Numbered from the stretch's first letter, positions 48,496 to 58,529 are shown. The stretch: DNA of 64,000 nt from Obrimoposthia wandeli (GCA_977020255.1 CDROCS010002866.1:1-64000), one strand, 5' to 3'. A program made the numbers and translations. The notes: generated from the letters alone by a model not told the origin.

Positions 48496-49635
48496 TTAGT
48501 TCCCTTCACGGTTTACATCATCGATGGTTTTTTGCACTAAACTTTGCTCTTTTTCGCTGAGTGGTCTATCCATTACTTGCATAAAAAAATCACTAAACAT
48601 CGATAGTTCACTAGCATTTAGCTGGTTTGGCATCACAGAGTTAGCGGTTTTTTTAGCCATAAGTCCTGGGCGTTCTAAGTGTAGTATGTTTGGATAAACG
48701 GCTCGCAACTTGCCCATCACATCTAAAATAGCGTGTGAATCGGTTAGTTTAACTAGCAGATAATCGTCACTTTTTAAATCATCAACTGCATCATTTAATA
48801 TATTTTCTAACTCGCCTTCAATACTGCGCATATCACGCAAAGGCTCAAGCACTACTTGCTGATACTCGCATTCTCCCTGCGCATCCATTTCAACAACCAC
48901 TACAGATTTAATATGCTTTTCTTCAGAAAAGGAGTACTTCAAAGGGGAACCTGAATAACGAATGCATTGCTTCCCTTTAAATTGGCGGCCATGTAAATGG
49001 CCAAGTGCTACATAGTCAAAATTTTCAAAGTGCTGCCAGGAAACTCTATCAGCGCCTCCTATTGACAGTGGACGCTCTGATTCAGATTCACTAGCACCGT
49101 CAATAAAACAATGGCTTAGCACAACATTGCGCTGTCCTTGGTGTAATTGACTATTTAACTGCTCACACATAAAACTAATGCCCTGATCATGGGTTGATAC
49201 ATCAGTATCGAAGGCGCTGCGTACTTGTGCGGGGTCTGCGTAAGGTAATCCCCAAAAAGCAACTTCGCCAAATTGATCTTTAAGCACCACACTTTGCGTA
49301 ATATTCCTAAGCTCACCTAATATATGCAAGCCCGTTCGCTGTAACTGCTTGGCTGCAAACCCTAGGCGCTGGGCGCTATCGTGATTGCCGGAAATAATAA
49401 TCATCGGTATTTTTAATTCATTGATGATCACATCAACAATTTGATTAAGTAAAGCCACCGCGGTAGCCGGAGGCACCGATCTATCGTAGATATCACCGGC
49501 GACTAAAATAGCATCAACTTGCTGATCTTTTGCTATTTGAATGATTTGTAGCAGGATATGTTCTTGATCTTGTAATAGAGACACATTGTGAAACGAGCGG
49601 CCAATGTGCCAATCAGAGGTATGTAAAAAGCGCAT
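48496..49635 (-). CDS. sbcD: SbcD exonuclease subunit
   Basis: HTSDWHIG, GDIYD, GNHDS, LGHLH. Confidence 0.95.
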   Translation of the reverse strand: MRFLHTSDWHIGRSFHNVSLLQDQEHILLQIIQIAKDQQVDAILVAGDIYDRSVPPATAVALLNQIVDVIINELKIPMIIISGNHDSAQRLGFAAKQLQRTGLHILGELRNITQSVVLKDQFGEVAFWGLPYADPAQVRSAFDTDVSTHDQGISFMCEQLNSQLHQGQRNVVLSHCFIDGASESESERPLSIGGADRVSWQHFENFDYVALGHLHGRQFKGKQCIRYSGSPLKYSFSEEKHIKSVVVVEMDAQGECEYQQVVLEPLRDMRSIEGELENILNDAVDDLKSDDYLLVKLTDSHAILDVMGKLRAVYPNILHLERPGLMAKKTANSVMPNQLNASELSMFSDFFMQVMDRPLSEKEQSLVQKTIDDVNREGN

Positions 49636-49641
49636 TTTTAA

Positions 49642-50460
49642 TTATCTTATATTTCCACAGTGCTGTTTATAGGTGTTTAAAAAATCTTGATATTGCGCCA
49701 TGTCTAATATTCTTGGCGCACTTAGTTGTTCTGCGACGACTTTATCATAACAACGAGAGCTTTTATCTATCACTTTGCGCGATTCATCTCGGGTAAAAGC
49801 CACTTTAGAAAAATGCATTTTATTAGAGATCAAATTGTAGGTTTTAGTGATGATACCTGCGCAGGCATAAGCTTGATAGTTGTTCGGCTTTAAAGAAAGC
49901 CCCGCCGCATTACTGCTGCCACTGTCGCTTAAAAACGTTAGCATTTGACGCACCGTGGCATTTACATCTACTTCTAATTCAGAAGGTGAAATAAGACGGG
50001 CTGCACTAACACCGCCTAAGCATCTATCGCCACCTTTTTCAATTGTGGTCAAAAAAGCACGCGTTAGCGCACTGCCCGGTATACGCCCTAAGAAATAAAT
50101 AGAGGTTATCGGATTACCGTTTTTCTTATCATACACTAACAGTAATTCCATCGATTGATCTAAAGAACCAATTGGTTTATACGCCATAAAACCCGCTTCA
50201 CCATCCACTCTATTTGCGTAAAAAGCGCCATCAGAGGTTTTGGTAACCTCAGCATCACGTTGCGTTTTTGCACATTGTTGCATGTCTAAAGCGCCGCCAT
50301 CTTGCGGCCAATCTTTTAATATCGATAGACACAGAGGGTGAAATTGCGGCACTGAACTAGGGCCTTGGAAACTGGGAGCGGCTATCGCGATTGCTGTGCT
50401 TAATGATATGCATCCAATTCCTGTATAAAACAACGTGCGTAATAACTTTTTATTTTCCAT
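49642..50460 (-). CDS. Hypothetical exported protein
   Basis: Signal peptide, six Cys in the mature region; 6-bp gap to sbcD. Confidence 0.7.
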   Translation of the reverse strand: MENKKLLRTLFYTGIGCISLSTAIAIAAPSFQGPSSVPQFHPLCLSILKDWPQDGGALDMQQCAKTQRDAEVTKTSDGAFYANRVDGEAGFMAYKPIGSLDQSMELLLVYDKKNGNPITSIYFLGRIPGSALTRAFLTTIEKGGDRCLGGVSAARLISPSELEVDVNATVRQMLTFLSDSGSSNAAGLSLKPNNYQAYACAGIITKTYNLISNKMHFSKVAFTRDESRKVIDKSSRCYDKVVAEQLSAPRILDMAQYQDFLNTYKQHCGNIR

Positions 50461-50706
50461 GCATACCCTTTACAAAACAACAAAATCACTATTAAAAACA
50501 AACTAAACATTGCATAAATATGCCGCTAATCGGCAAAAAAACCAATGATACCTGTTCATAACAAATTGAGCATCTTTATTTTTTGTCACAAAGCTCCCTT
50601 TATTCAGGATGATCGTCACGCTAATTAATTGTATTTGCTAAAGTGTCATTTTTGCGGTAATGACATTATTTAGCGCTACTGTAATGGCACTATGTTCAAC
50701 GATGAT

Positions 50707-50858
50707 CATTGGTGGCCCGTTTACTTGCTGTTGCTCTTTAATTCATTGATTTTACGTTAAAGATAATTATCAATTCACTGAAAAATATCGATTTCTGTAT
50801 AGCTAGAAACCACAAATCAATGAGTTAGAGGGATTACATTTTTAGCCGAGTTGTAATG
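50707..50858 (+). mobile_element. MITE copy 1 (degenerate)
   Basis: Aligns by eye with 58355-58521 at both ends; degenerate 9-bp flanking repeat AACGATGAT/AACAATGGT. Confidence 0.65.
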
Positions 50859-50905
50859 AACAATGGTACAATAACTTAACTTTTCATCATTAGCGGGAGT
50901 ATCGC

Positions 50906-51334
50906 TTGAGTCAAAAACACGGGTTTTATTTAGAAGATTTAGAAATTGGCATGTCTGATAGTTTAGAAAAAACCATCTCAGCTGCTGATGTCGATACATT
51001 TGCAGCATTATCAGGTGACAACAATCCTATACACTTAGATGATGAATATGCTCAATCAACCGCTTTTGGTCAACGTATTGTACATGGTATGTTTAGCGCC
51101 GCGCTAATCTCTGCGGTCGCAGGCACCAAACTACCAGGAGCTGGGGGCGTGTATTTTTCTCAAGAATTGAAATTTCGTAAACCGGTATTCATTGACGACA
51201 CGGTGATCGCAACATTAACCATCACTGATATCAACCAGCGCAGAGGCCGTGTAACAATGGATACGCAGGTGCATGTAAAAGGGGTATTGGTTGTATCCGG
51301 GGAAGCTGTTTACGGTGTCGATAAACGCCCATAA
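50906..51334 (+). CDS. MaoC family dehydratase (R-specific enoyl-CoA hydratase)
   Basis: FAALSGDNNPIHLD, IVHGM, PGAG. Confidence 0.92.
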   Translation: MSQKHGFYLEDLEIGMSDSLEKTISAADVDTFAALSGDNNPIHLDDEYAQSTAFGQRIVHGMFSAALISAVAGTKLPGAGGVYFSQELKFRKPVFIDDTVIATLTITDINQRRGRVTMDTQVHVKGVLVVSGEAVYGVDKRP

Positions 51335-51648
51335 AAACTTTTTAAATAGTTAAAATAAAATAATTTGAAATCAAATGGTTACACCTATTTTCGGTTGGCC
51401 ATTTTCAAGCATGCAATATATATGCAAAACCCTTCCGTAATATTAGATACTAATTTACTCTTATTTTTCGTGATTTAGCCTTCCTTATCATGTTAAACCA
51501 TTGTTGAAAAAAATTTATTTTAAAAGGAAATTTAATCAATATGTTTATCAATCCCTCTGTTTTTGTTCTATCTATTTTCATCGCCACTTCTGTAATTGCT
51601 GACGGCAACACAACATACTAATTTTTCAACAAAGCTAAATAATTTATT

Positions 51649-51846
51649 GTGATGCTTTTGGATAGCAAGAATAATGTGATCACACCTGCTGGCTTTACGT
51701 CTAAAACGCATGTTAAACGGAGCAAGCGCATGTCATCCCTGCTCAAAATTTTGGCAAATCTTTTAAAGAATGGCGCGAAGGTCATCCTGAACGTACCAAC
51801 AAAAAAGGATAATCGTTTAAGGGCCGTAGATGCGCTAGCAAGATGA
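51649..51846 (+). CDS. Hypothetical small basic protein
   Basis: Overlaps the next ORF (ATGA); islet context. Confidence 0.35.
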   Translation: MMLLDSKNNVITPAGFTSKTHVKRSKRMSSLLKILANLLKNGAKVILNVPTKKDNRLRAVDALAR

Positions 51847-52040
51847 ATACTGATTACCGCTACATGCAAGCTGACATGTTCAAACGTTACGCGGCTATCC
51901 ATAGAGTAAAACCGCAGCCACACTTACAGGCTACTTCTACTCTAGTGAAGTGTTTAGATATTCTAGGCATTGGTAATCCTCGAATTTTAGACATAAAAAA
52001 GCCCAGCTCGAAGGCTAGGCTATCGTGTAAATATAAGTAA
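51843..52040 (+). CDS. Hypothetical small protein
   Basis: ATGA coupling; the 3' end overlaps a minus-strand terminator. Confidence 0.3.
   Translation: MNTDYRYMQADMFKRYAAIHRVKPQPHLQATSTLVKCLDILGIGNPRILDIKKPSSKARLSCKYK
51995..52021 (-). terminator. Rho-independent terminator (minus strand)
   Basis: AGCCTAGC-CTTCGA-GCTGGGCT-TTTTT. Confidence 0.7.
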
Positions 52041-52101
52041 TACGACTAAATAAGAATTTTTCGTATACTATCTGTATACAATTAAGTATAAACTTTTATT
52101 T

Positions 52102-52302
52102 ATGAATAACTTAAATAGTAAAGTATATACTGATAACGTCACAAAAAAACAAGCTGTAGATAAACTGGTTGAACATTACCGCTCTACAAATGAAACCATC
52201 ACTAAGGAAGGAATATTCGAGATCTATAATTGTATACTCGACGACATAGAGGTCGCTGGGTCGCTTCCCTTTTATCTAAATGACTCAACTGGAACTTCTT
52301 GA
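52102..52302 (+). CDS. Hypothetical small acidic protein
   Basis: 66-aa ORF with plausible composition. Confidence 0.45.
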   Translation: MNNLNSKVYTDNVTKKQAVDKLVEHYRSTNETITKEGIFEIYNCILDDIEVAGSLPFYLNDSTGTS

Positions 52303-52334
52303 TTGAATACCAAAGGCTTGCTGCCATTCGGCAT

Positions 52335-52451
52335 AAAAAAGCCCCACTTTATTAGCGAGGCTTAATCTGTTAAAAAATGGCAATATATAATTGAGGGTTA
52401 ATTGTGATGGAAACCCCATCACTTACAAGAAACAACTGTATTTATTAAAGG
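52335..52451 (-). repeat. Copy A of a ~115-bp promoter/short-RNA/terminator module
   Basis: Direct repeat of 53733-53851. Confidence 0.85.
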
Positions 52452-53416
52452 GCTCTTCTTTGTTCTCGCTCGATATGTTCCTTCTTGTTAATTTTACTAT
52501 AAAACGAAGATCTGCTCATAAGCACATCTCTTGGCGCTCCATCTTCAGCCCAGAAAGCTTCTGTAATATATTGTCTTGACCATCTACCGTTCTCTTCTTC
52601 TTTAAATGTAGCACTCTGGACAAATCGCCCGTTTCTAGCATGGTACTCAGCCTTGAGCTCTATTTCCCCTGAATGCGAACCCGCTAGAAATTTCTTGTGG
52701 TTTTCAAAAGAACCAATCAAAACTCCAAGTTCTGATGTTTCTACATCCTCAAAGCCGACGATATTTCTAATCGACACTTTTACATCATACAAAGGATTAT
52801 ATCCTTCAATTCTATAATAGTATTCAACAGCGCCAGTAACAGCATCTATTTGCAAATCAACTAATGGGTATGACCGCCCTCCTGTAATCTGACCAATTAT
52901 TTTCTTCCTTTCTTCTTCTTGTGCTTCACTACCATGCTGGTGCGACAAAGCATTCAAAAAAAGACCAATTATCGCAAGACCTGTAACAGATTCAAACCCG
53001 ACAACGAATTTTGCCCATCCACTTACTGGTGAGATATCCCCATACCCAAGGGTAGTGATAGTAACGGCGCTAAAATACAGCCGGTCCCCAATGACTCCCC
53101 ACTTTAAGCTATCCCATGTCAAACGGTCCCAGGTCAAAACCTCCCAATTAAAACTACTGAACTCAAAGTTTTTCCAATTTATGGCTTCCCATGGAAAAAA
53201 ATCGCCTACATTTTCTAATTCAATTCCAGGGATAGCGAATAAAAACGAATACAAAATAACAGCCGATACGAACCATAATGCATACACTTGGGGGAGTTGA
53301 TTCGTCACAGCCTTACTTTCATCAAAATCTAACGAATCAATACCTTCCTCTGGATTGAAATCATATCTCTTAGTAGGCCTTGTTTTTTGCTTATTGAAGT
53401 TTAGATTGCTGACCAT
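52445..53416 (-). CDS. Two-TM potassium channel (Ion_trans_2) domain protein
   Basis: YFSAVTITTLGYGDISP pore/selectivity filter flanked by TM helices. Confidence 0.85.
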   Translation of the reverse strand: MVSNLNFNKQKTRPTKRYDFNPEEGIDSLDFDESKAVTNQLPQVYALWFVSAVILYSFLFAIPGIELENVGDFFPWEAINWKNFEFSSFNWEVLTWDRLTWDSLKWGVIGDRLYFSAVTITTLGYGDISPVSGWAKFVVGFESVTGLAIIGLFLNALSHQHGSEAQEEERKKIIGQITGGRSYPLVDLQIDAVTGAVEYYYRIEGYNPLYDVKVSIRNIVGFEDVETSELGVLIGSFENHKKFLAGSHSGEIELKAEYHARNGRFVQSATFKEEENGRWSRQYITEAFWAEDGAPRDVLMSRSSFYSKINKKEHIEREQRRAL

Positions 53417-53732
53417 GTTTTATACTCAGAAAAAGGCTATTGTCTCTTAAGACACTAACAAATAGAATTATTTTTTACGCAAGCTGTAGCTGTTCAATTT
53501 ATTCAAGAGGGTCTTTGTGCGCTAGCTTTTCGATCAGTTTCTTCAAGCCCATGCTTTTGTTATGTCTGAAAACAGCCTTAGATCCTTCCAAATACTCAGC
53601 TATTTAAAAATCAGAATGCGCTCTCTTATAACAAAATTTAAATACGTCCCAGCCAAAAACGCAAACAACTTCTTATCCTCAAACTTGGCAAACAACATCT
53701 TCATCAACTCAAAATAATAATGATTCATCCAC

Positions 53733-53851
53733 AAAAAAGCCTCGCTTTATTGGCGAGGCTTAATCTGTTACAAATATGGCAATATATAATTGAGGGTTAA
53801 TTGTAATAGTGTTTTTCTATCACTTGCAAGGATAGCTGTATTTATTATCAG
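53733..53851 (-). ncRNA. Copy B: candidate ~60-nt sRNA with sigma70 promoter, terminator and SOS-like box
   Basis: TTGCAA-N18-TACAAT, then AGCCTCGC-CAATAAA-GCGAGGCT-TTTTT; CTGTATTTATTATCAG at 53836-53851. Confidence 0.5.
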
Positions 53852-53939
53852 GATGATTATTTATATTCTATATTTAGATAAGCAATAACACTCTAGCAAG
53901 ATTAGCCACTATTGAAAACAAAACTACTGAGCACACATT

Positions 53940-54710
53940 TTAACACTCTTCAAATTCAATTTTAAACGAAACACTACTTCTTTTCCCTCTCCAAAGCTTA
54001 ACATTTGGGTTGCAATCTTGCAGTATTGAACAGATTATTTGAATATCATCTTTCTTCATCTCAGATCCAAAATATACTCCAGTCAAATCTTCTCGTTTAT
54101 AAACACACTTCTTTCCTGCTTCTTCATGGAAAAGCCTCCACTCACTTTCATACTCCCAAGATTTCGACTTTGTACTGAAAAGTTTAGTAACCATTTCGTC
54201 TGTGCCTGTATTCTCAATTATCGTTTGGATATCCAACACTGGTAGATTTTTATCATAGCTAACTTTACGAGCCAGACAAAAAAAGTTTGATCTGGTAGTA
54301 TCAAACTCTAAACAAAAACCTGTGTACTTTTGTCCATAATGCGCCCACATTAAAAGCTCATCATTATTTTCTGAAAAGCACGAGACACCTCTATTTAATC
54401 TAAAGTTACGTATTATTTTATTAAGAACTGTTCTCGCTAACCTAGACATTCCTAGTTTTACTTCTTTAAAAGGTTTGCCTTTAAAATCTATATGTTTAAG
54501 ACGAAAGGTTTCCACCTCTTTTTTTGTAGGAAATCTAATCCCAGCATTTAATGCACAATCATATGGATCATTAAAAGCTTCTGGTGACCCAAAATAAATG
54601 ATTTGTTTTTTTAGATTGGATAATGCTTGTTCCGAATAAGGTTCATATTTATATAGTTTATTTGGACGATTCAAGGTAACACCTTTTGTAAGGGTTATTC
54701 GATTAAACAA
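53940..54710 (-). CDS. DUF2971 domain protein
   Basis: LYKY, FNDPYDC, SCFSE...LMWAHYG...GFCLEF, TKS..WEYESEWR. Confidence 0.85.
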   Translation of the reverse strand: MFNRITLTKGVTLNRPNKLYKYEPYSEQALSNLKKQIIYFGSPEAFNDPYDCALNAGIRFPTKKEVETFRLKHIDFKGKPFKEVKLGMSRLARTVLNKIIRNFRLNRGVSCFSENNDELLMWAHYGQKYTGFCLEFDTTRSNFFCLARKVSYDKNLPVLDIQTIIENTGTDEMVTKLFSTKSKSWEYESEWRLFHEEAGKKCVYKREDLTGVYFGSEMKKDDIQIICSILQDCNPNVKLWRGKRSSVSFKIEFEEC

Positions 54711-54729
54711 CTTGGATATCCGTGCTATT

Positions 54730-55263
54730 TTATTCTATGCCGGTCTGTTTCCCGTCAATACTCACTCCATTTTTCTTTCGCCAATAATTACTGACGCCCT
54801 CTTTCCCCATTTCTTGGTAATAAGGTATTAATTCCGACTCTCCACGCTGGCTATTATAGTCCATTATTGGCACGCCAGCTCCGCATGACAATTGCACTAA
54901 GTCTATTGATAATTCAAATATTTGCCTAGAGCCTGCCATTTTTGGAAACATGCTCGTTAACTCCTTCCATTCAGGGTCGCGCGGATGATACGTTGTCGCT
55001 TGACCATACACTCTAAGAATCAAAGCACTATCCGAAAATGCACAAAACATTAGCGTCATCCGGTTGCAGTCAAGTAGATGAGCCGCTGTTTCATTACCAC
55101 TGCCACTAAGGTTAATCCAGACAATTTTTTTCTCGTTAATTATACGTAGAGAATCTAAACCTTTAGGGGATAAATTGACCCTTCCGTCTGCAGCGGCTGT
55201 AGCCACAAAAAACATGGGTTGTTTTTCAATGAACTTTCGCAGTTTAGTATTTAATTTATCCAC
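54730..55263 (-). CDS. Pyridoxamine 5'-phosphate oxidase-like FMN-binding protein
   Basis: FFVATA...VNLSPKG, GSGNETAAH, SCGAGVP. Confidence 0.85.
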   Translation of the reverse strand: MDKLNTKLRKFIEKQPMFFVATAAADGRVNLSPKGLDSLRIINEKKIVWINLSGSGNETAAHLLDCNRMTLMFCAFSDSALILRVYGQATTYHPRDPEWKELTSMFPKMAGSRQIFELSIDLVQLSCGAGVPIMDYNSQRGESELIPYYQEMGKEGVSNYWRKKNGVSIDGKQTGIE

Positions 55264-55330
55264 AAAATAATCCTTATTTTTATTAAAAACGATGACATCA
55301 TTATGGTTGTAAATTTCAAAAAAATTTTAG

Positions 55331-55391
55331 CTTTAACAAGCGTTTAAAGAACTAGTCATGCTCAATGGTCTCTCTTTAAACATTATTAGCC
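55331..55391 (+). repeat. Isolated attC-like site (61 bp)
   Basis: CTTTAAC-AAGCGTTTAAAGA...TCTTTAAACATT-ATTAGCC. Confidence 0.45.
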
Positions 55392-55463
55392 TTTAGCATT
55401 ATCAATAATAGATCGGCGTCACTACTGTAACCTAAGCTCACTTTACTCAAAACTAATTTACTA

Positions 55464-56100
55464 TTACGGGTTGTGTTTAGCCAAGAATACTTTTACACGC
55501 TTCATTGAATCTTGATGCGCCTGTGCAGCGTAATAATAAGCTGATTTTTCAGCACTCGCAGCCTCAGGGTATTTTGCATCATCATAAAAGTGGGTGGCGC
55601 CGGGATAGACTTTTAACGCTACTTCCTGCTGGGGATCACTTTATTAATTTCTACACCATCGTTATCTCCCAACAATAGCAAAACTTAAGTTTACGCGCTT
55701 ACACTTGGACAACATTTTGTCGTTAAACGCCCTGGAGGAGCTTCCTGTCCAATTAGACTTAATGCAGTACCCCCGCCAGCTGACCAACCCATAAGCGCTA
55801 TACTTTTAGGGTTTACAGAGGGTAGGTCTCGCAGATAATCAAAAGCTCCATAGGCGTTACTAATCACATCATTCGATAAGTTAATAGCAGCATCTACTTC
55901 CTCTCCTACTCCTGCATAACTGTATATTAATAATGAGACATAACCCCATTGAGTAAGCTGTTCTGCCCATCGCTTATGATATTCTTGTAAATGCTGGTTT
56001 ATCACTACTCTAGAGCGACTGCATTAGATGAGACTTAATAGGTGATAGCTTTCAATTTCTAACCATACATCAAGACTAAAATAAATTTTATGATTCTTGT
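55464..56100 (-). pseudogene. Dienelactone hydrolase family pseudogene
   Basis: GWSAGG nucleophile fragment (55691-56005); out-of-frame LLLGDND and LKVYPGATHFYD downstream. Confidence 0.75.
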
Positions 56101-56545
56101 ATTATTATGGCGAATATAACCCCACATGCTGACTATAAACTAGATAATAATAATCACTAATACCTGGCGAAAATTAATGAATATAGATTAACAAATTGAG
56201 CTTTATCTACCGATAGCTGATAACATATAAATATATTAAGGCATGAGAATAAGTCACCACTACACAATATTCTCGTTGCCTTTGACGGCGTATTTTACTT
56301 ATTTATGCTCACTGTTTTATTGGAAACTTGTTTTAAAACAGAAGCCAAACATGAACTACTTTTTTTATTAAGCCAATAGTAATTATTTTTGTGCTTGGTT
56401 TATGGTGGAGATTAAAACATTGGTTGGTAAAGGCTTTTTCGCCCAGTATAGGTTTAATGATACGTATCAAATTTTTATAAATAATTTATAGATCCACTTT
56501 CTACAGCGTTTTATTAAAACCCAACTACTGACATATCACGTCACC

Positions 56546-58138
56546 CTAAACTTTTGCGAGCGAACCTTGTAGCAATTTTTTGAATGCTTTTGCATCCACA
56601 GGTTTACTAAAGTAATACCCTTGGACTGAATCACAGACAGTGTTTTGAATAAAATTAAGTTGCTCTAATGCCTCTACTCCTTCCGCTGTAATTTTAAGAT
56701 TAAGATTGTTAGCCAATGCAATAATGGTATTGGTTGTTAATATGTCCTCTTCACTACTGGGTATATTTTGCAGGAACATTTTATCAATTTTTATTCGATC
56801 CAATTTAAAACGCCTTAAATAACCGATTGAAGAGTAGCCAGTGCCAAAATCATCTAACGCCAAAGACACTCCAGTGCTCTTTAATTGCCCTAAGCACTCA
56901 ATTGCTGTTCCTACATCTTTCATCATGGCTGTTTCTGTTACTTCTAGTTCTAAAAAGGCCGGTGATAATTGACTTAGATTCAAAGAGCGAGTGAGAGAGC
57001 TTACTATTCTATTGGAGTTAAGATGGCTTGCTGATAAGTTGACTGATACGACAATAGGGTCAAGCCCTTCGTCTTGCCATTTTTTATTTTGCTTACAGGC
57101 AGAAAGTAAAACCCAATCATCTATTGCGTTAATCATTCCTATATCTTCTGCTATCGGAATGAATTCATCGGGGGGAATAATGCCGAGCTCTGGATTAGTC
57201 CAGCGTATCAACGCCTCGGCACCTGTTATTTTATTCTCTTGGCTTTCTAGAATGGGTTGGTATACGATGTGGAATTCATTATTAATAAGCGCTTGTTGTA
57301 AATTTTGACCGATACGTGATTTTCTTTTAACCTGTTCCTCTATAGCTTTTGAGAAGTACTTGAAGGTGTTCTTACCATCACTTTTAGCCTGATACATAGC
57401 TGCATCTGCGCGCTTTAGTAAGTCTTCAGCCTTATTGCCATCACTAGGGTATAGGGATACGCCTATACTAAGCCCCATATAGACATTTTGTTCATCTAAT
57501 ATGAAAGGTTTTTCTACACTTTTAAGTAATCGATTAAGTAACCCTCCAAGACACTCGCGACTTTTAAATTTATCAACAACGATGACAAATTCATCACCTG
57601 ATATACGTGCAAAGACATCTTTCTCTCTTAACTCAATACTTAATCGTGCAGCTACTTGTTTTAATAACTCATCTCCACAGATATGACCAAAGGTGTCGTT
57701 AATTCCTTTGAAATTGTCAAGATCAATAAAAAGCACTGCCACTCTATAATTTTGTTCAGCGGCATTGGAAATAATCTGATCTAGTTTTATAGCGCAAGAA
57801 CTGCGATTTGCTAGCCCAGTCAAACTATCATGATAAGCCGCTTTTTTTAATGCTTTCTCTGCCTTTTTACGACGAGTTACTTCTCTTTTTAAATAGCTAC
57901 TACGACGATAAATAATAAACATTAAACCTAGTGAAGAAACCATTAATAACACTAAAAGCTCATCTAGCTCATATTCTTCGTGTGCTTCTGCAAAGCGAAC
58001 GATTCGTTCAAATAAATCTTGATGCTGCGCGTGCCAAAATAATGTTACAGCAATAACTATTGTAACTAGTATTTCTTGAATGAAGGGTTTTTCAAGATGA
58101 TTCTTAATATCAATACCAATGGATTGCAATTGCTTCAT
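56546..58138 (-). CDS. Membrane-anchored diguanylate cyclase/phosphodiesterase (SGDEF + EAL)
   Basis: YHDSLTGLANR, RISGDEF, GAEALIRW, LDDFGTGYS, AEGVE. Confidence 0.93.
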   Translation of the reverse strand: MKQLQSIGIDIKNHLEKPFIQEILVTIVIAVTLFWHAQHQDLFERIVRFAEAHEEYELDELLVLLMVSSLGLMFIIYRRSSYLKREVTRRKKAEKALKKAAYHDSLTGLANRSSCAIKLDQIISNAAEQNYRVAVLFIDLDNFKGINDTFGHICGDELLKQVAARLSIELREKDVFARISGDEFVIVVDKFKSRECLGGLLNRLLKSVEKPFILDEQNVYMGLSIGVSLYPSDGNKAEDLLKRADAAMYQAKSDGKNTFKYFSKAIEEQVKRKSRIGQNLQQALINNEFHIVYQPILESQENKITGAEALIRWTNPELGIIPPDEFIPIAEDIGMINAIDDWVLLSACKQNKKWQDEGLDPIVVSVNLSASHLNSNRIVSSLTRSLNLSQLSPAFLELEVTETAMMKDVGTAIECLGQLKSTGVSLALDDFGTGYSSIGYLRRFKLDRIKIDKMFLQNIPSSEEDILTTNTIIALANNLNLKITAEGVEALEQLNFIQNTVCDSVQGYYFSKPVDAKAFKKLLQGSLAKV

Positions 58139-58354
58139 TTAGTGCTCCTCAGTTATTTTGCGTGACCGAGCTTTTTTCTTATTATAGGCATCATAACCCA
58201 AAATCCATTTTAGCCTGCATATAGATTGTATTTTTAGTAGTAATTTGATTTACGGCAACTAAAATGAAATTTTACTTAAGTAAAATATCCAGCCTAGCAG
58301 GCTTATCAGCTCTAGCTTTATCGAGCAAACTGATCATAAACCATTACCCAGTGT

Positions 58355-58521
58355 CATAGCTGTCCGGTTAAAAAGTGTAAGCTCTTTACCCATTGACTAC
58401 TTGTGGTATAATCTTTGCTAATCATAGGTAATTGGATTTTTTTAAGTAACGTATCCAGTTGTGGTTATCAACTCACTCATCAGAGCTTACAGAACAACAA
58501 AAATTAAACCGGACACTAATG
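58355..58521 (-). mobile_element. MITE copy 2 (complete, 167 bp)
   Basis: TIRs CATAGCTGTCCGGTT / CATTAGTGTCCGGTT; perfect 9-bp TSD ACCCAGTGT (58346-58354, 58522-58530). Confidence 0.85.
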
Positions 58522-58529
58522 ACCCAGTG

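Noticed and set aside
51413-51422. GCAATATATA shared with the duplicated islet module, as a possible att core
   Set aside because: A 10-mer this AT-rich is expected by chance in a window of this size.
53470-53730. Broken minus-strand reading frame (MNHYYFELMK.../AEYLEGSK...) between the K+-channel gene and module copy B
   Set aside because: Too short and degraded to assign; no recognisable motif.
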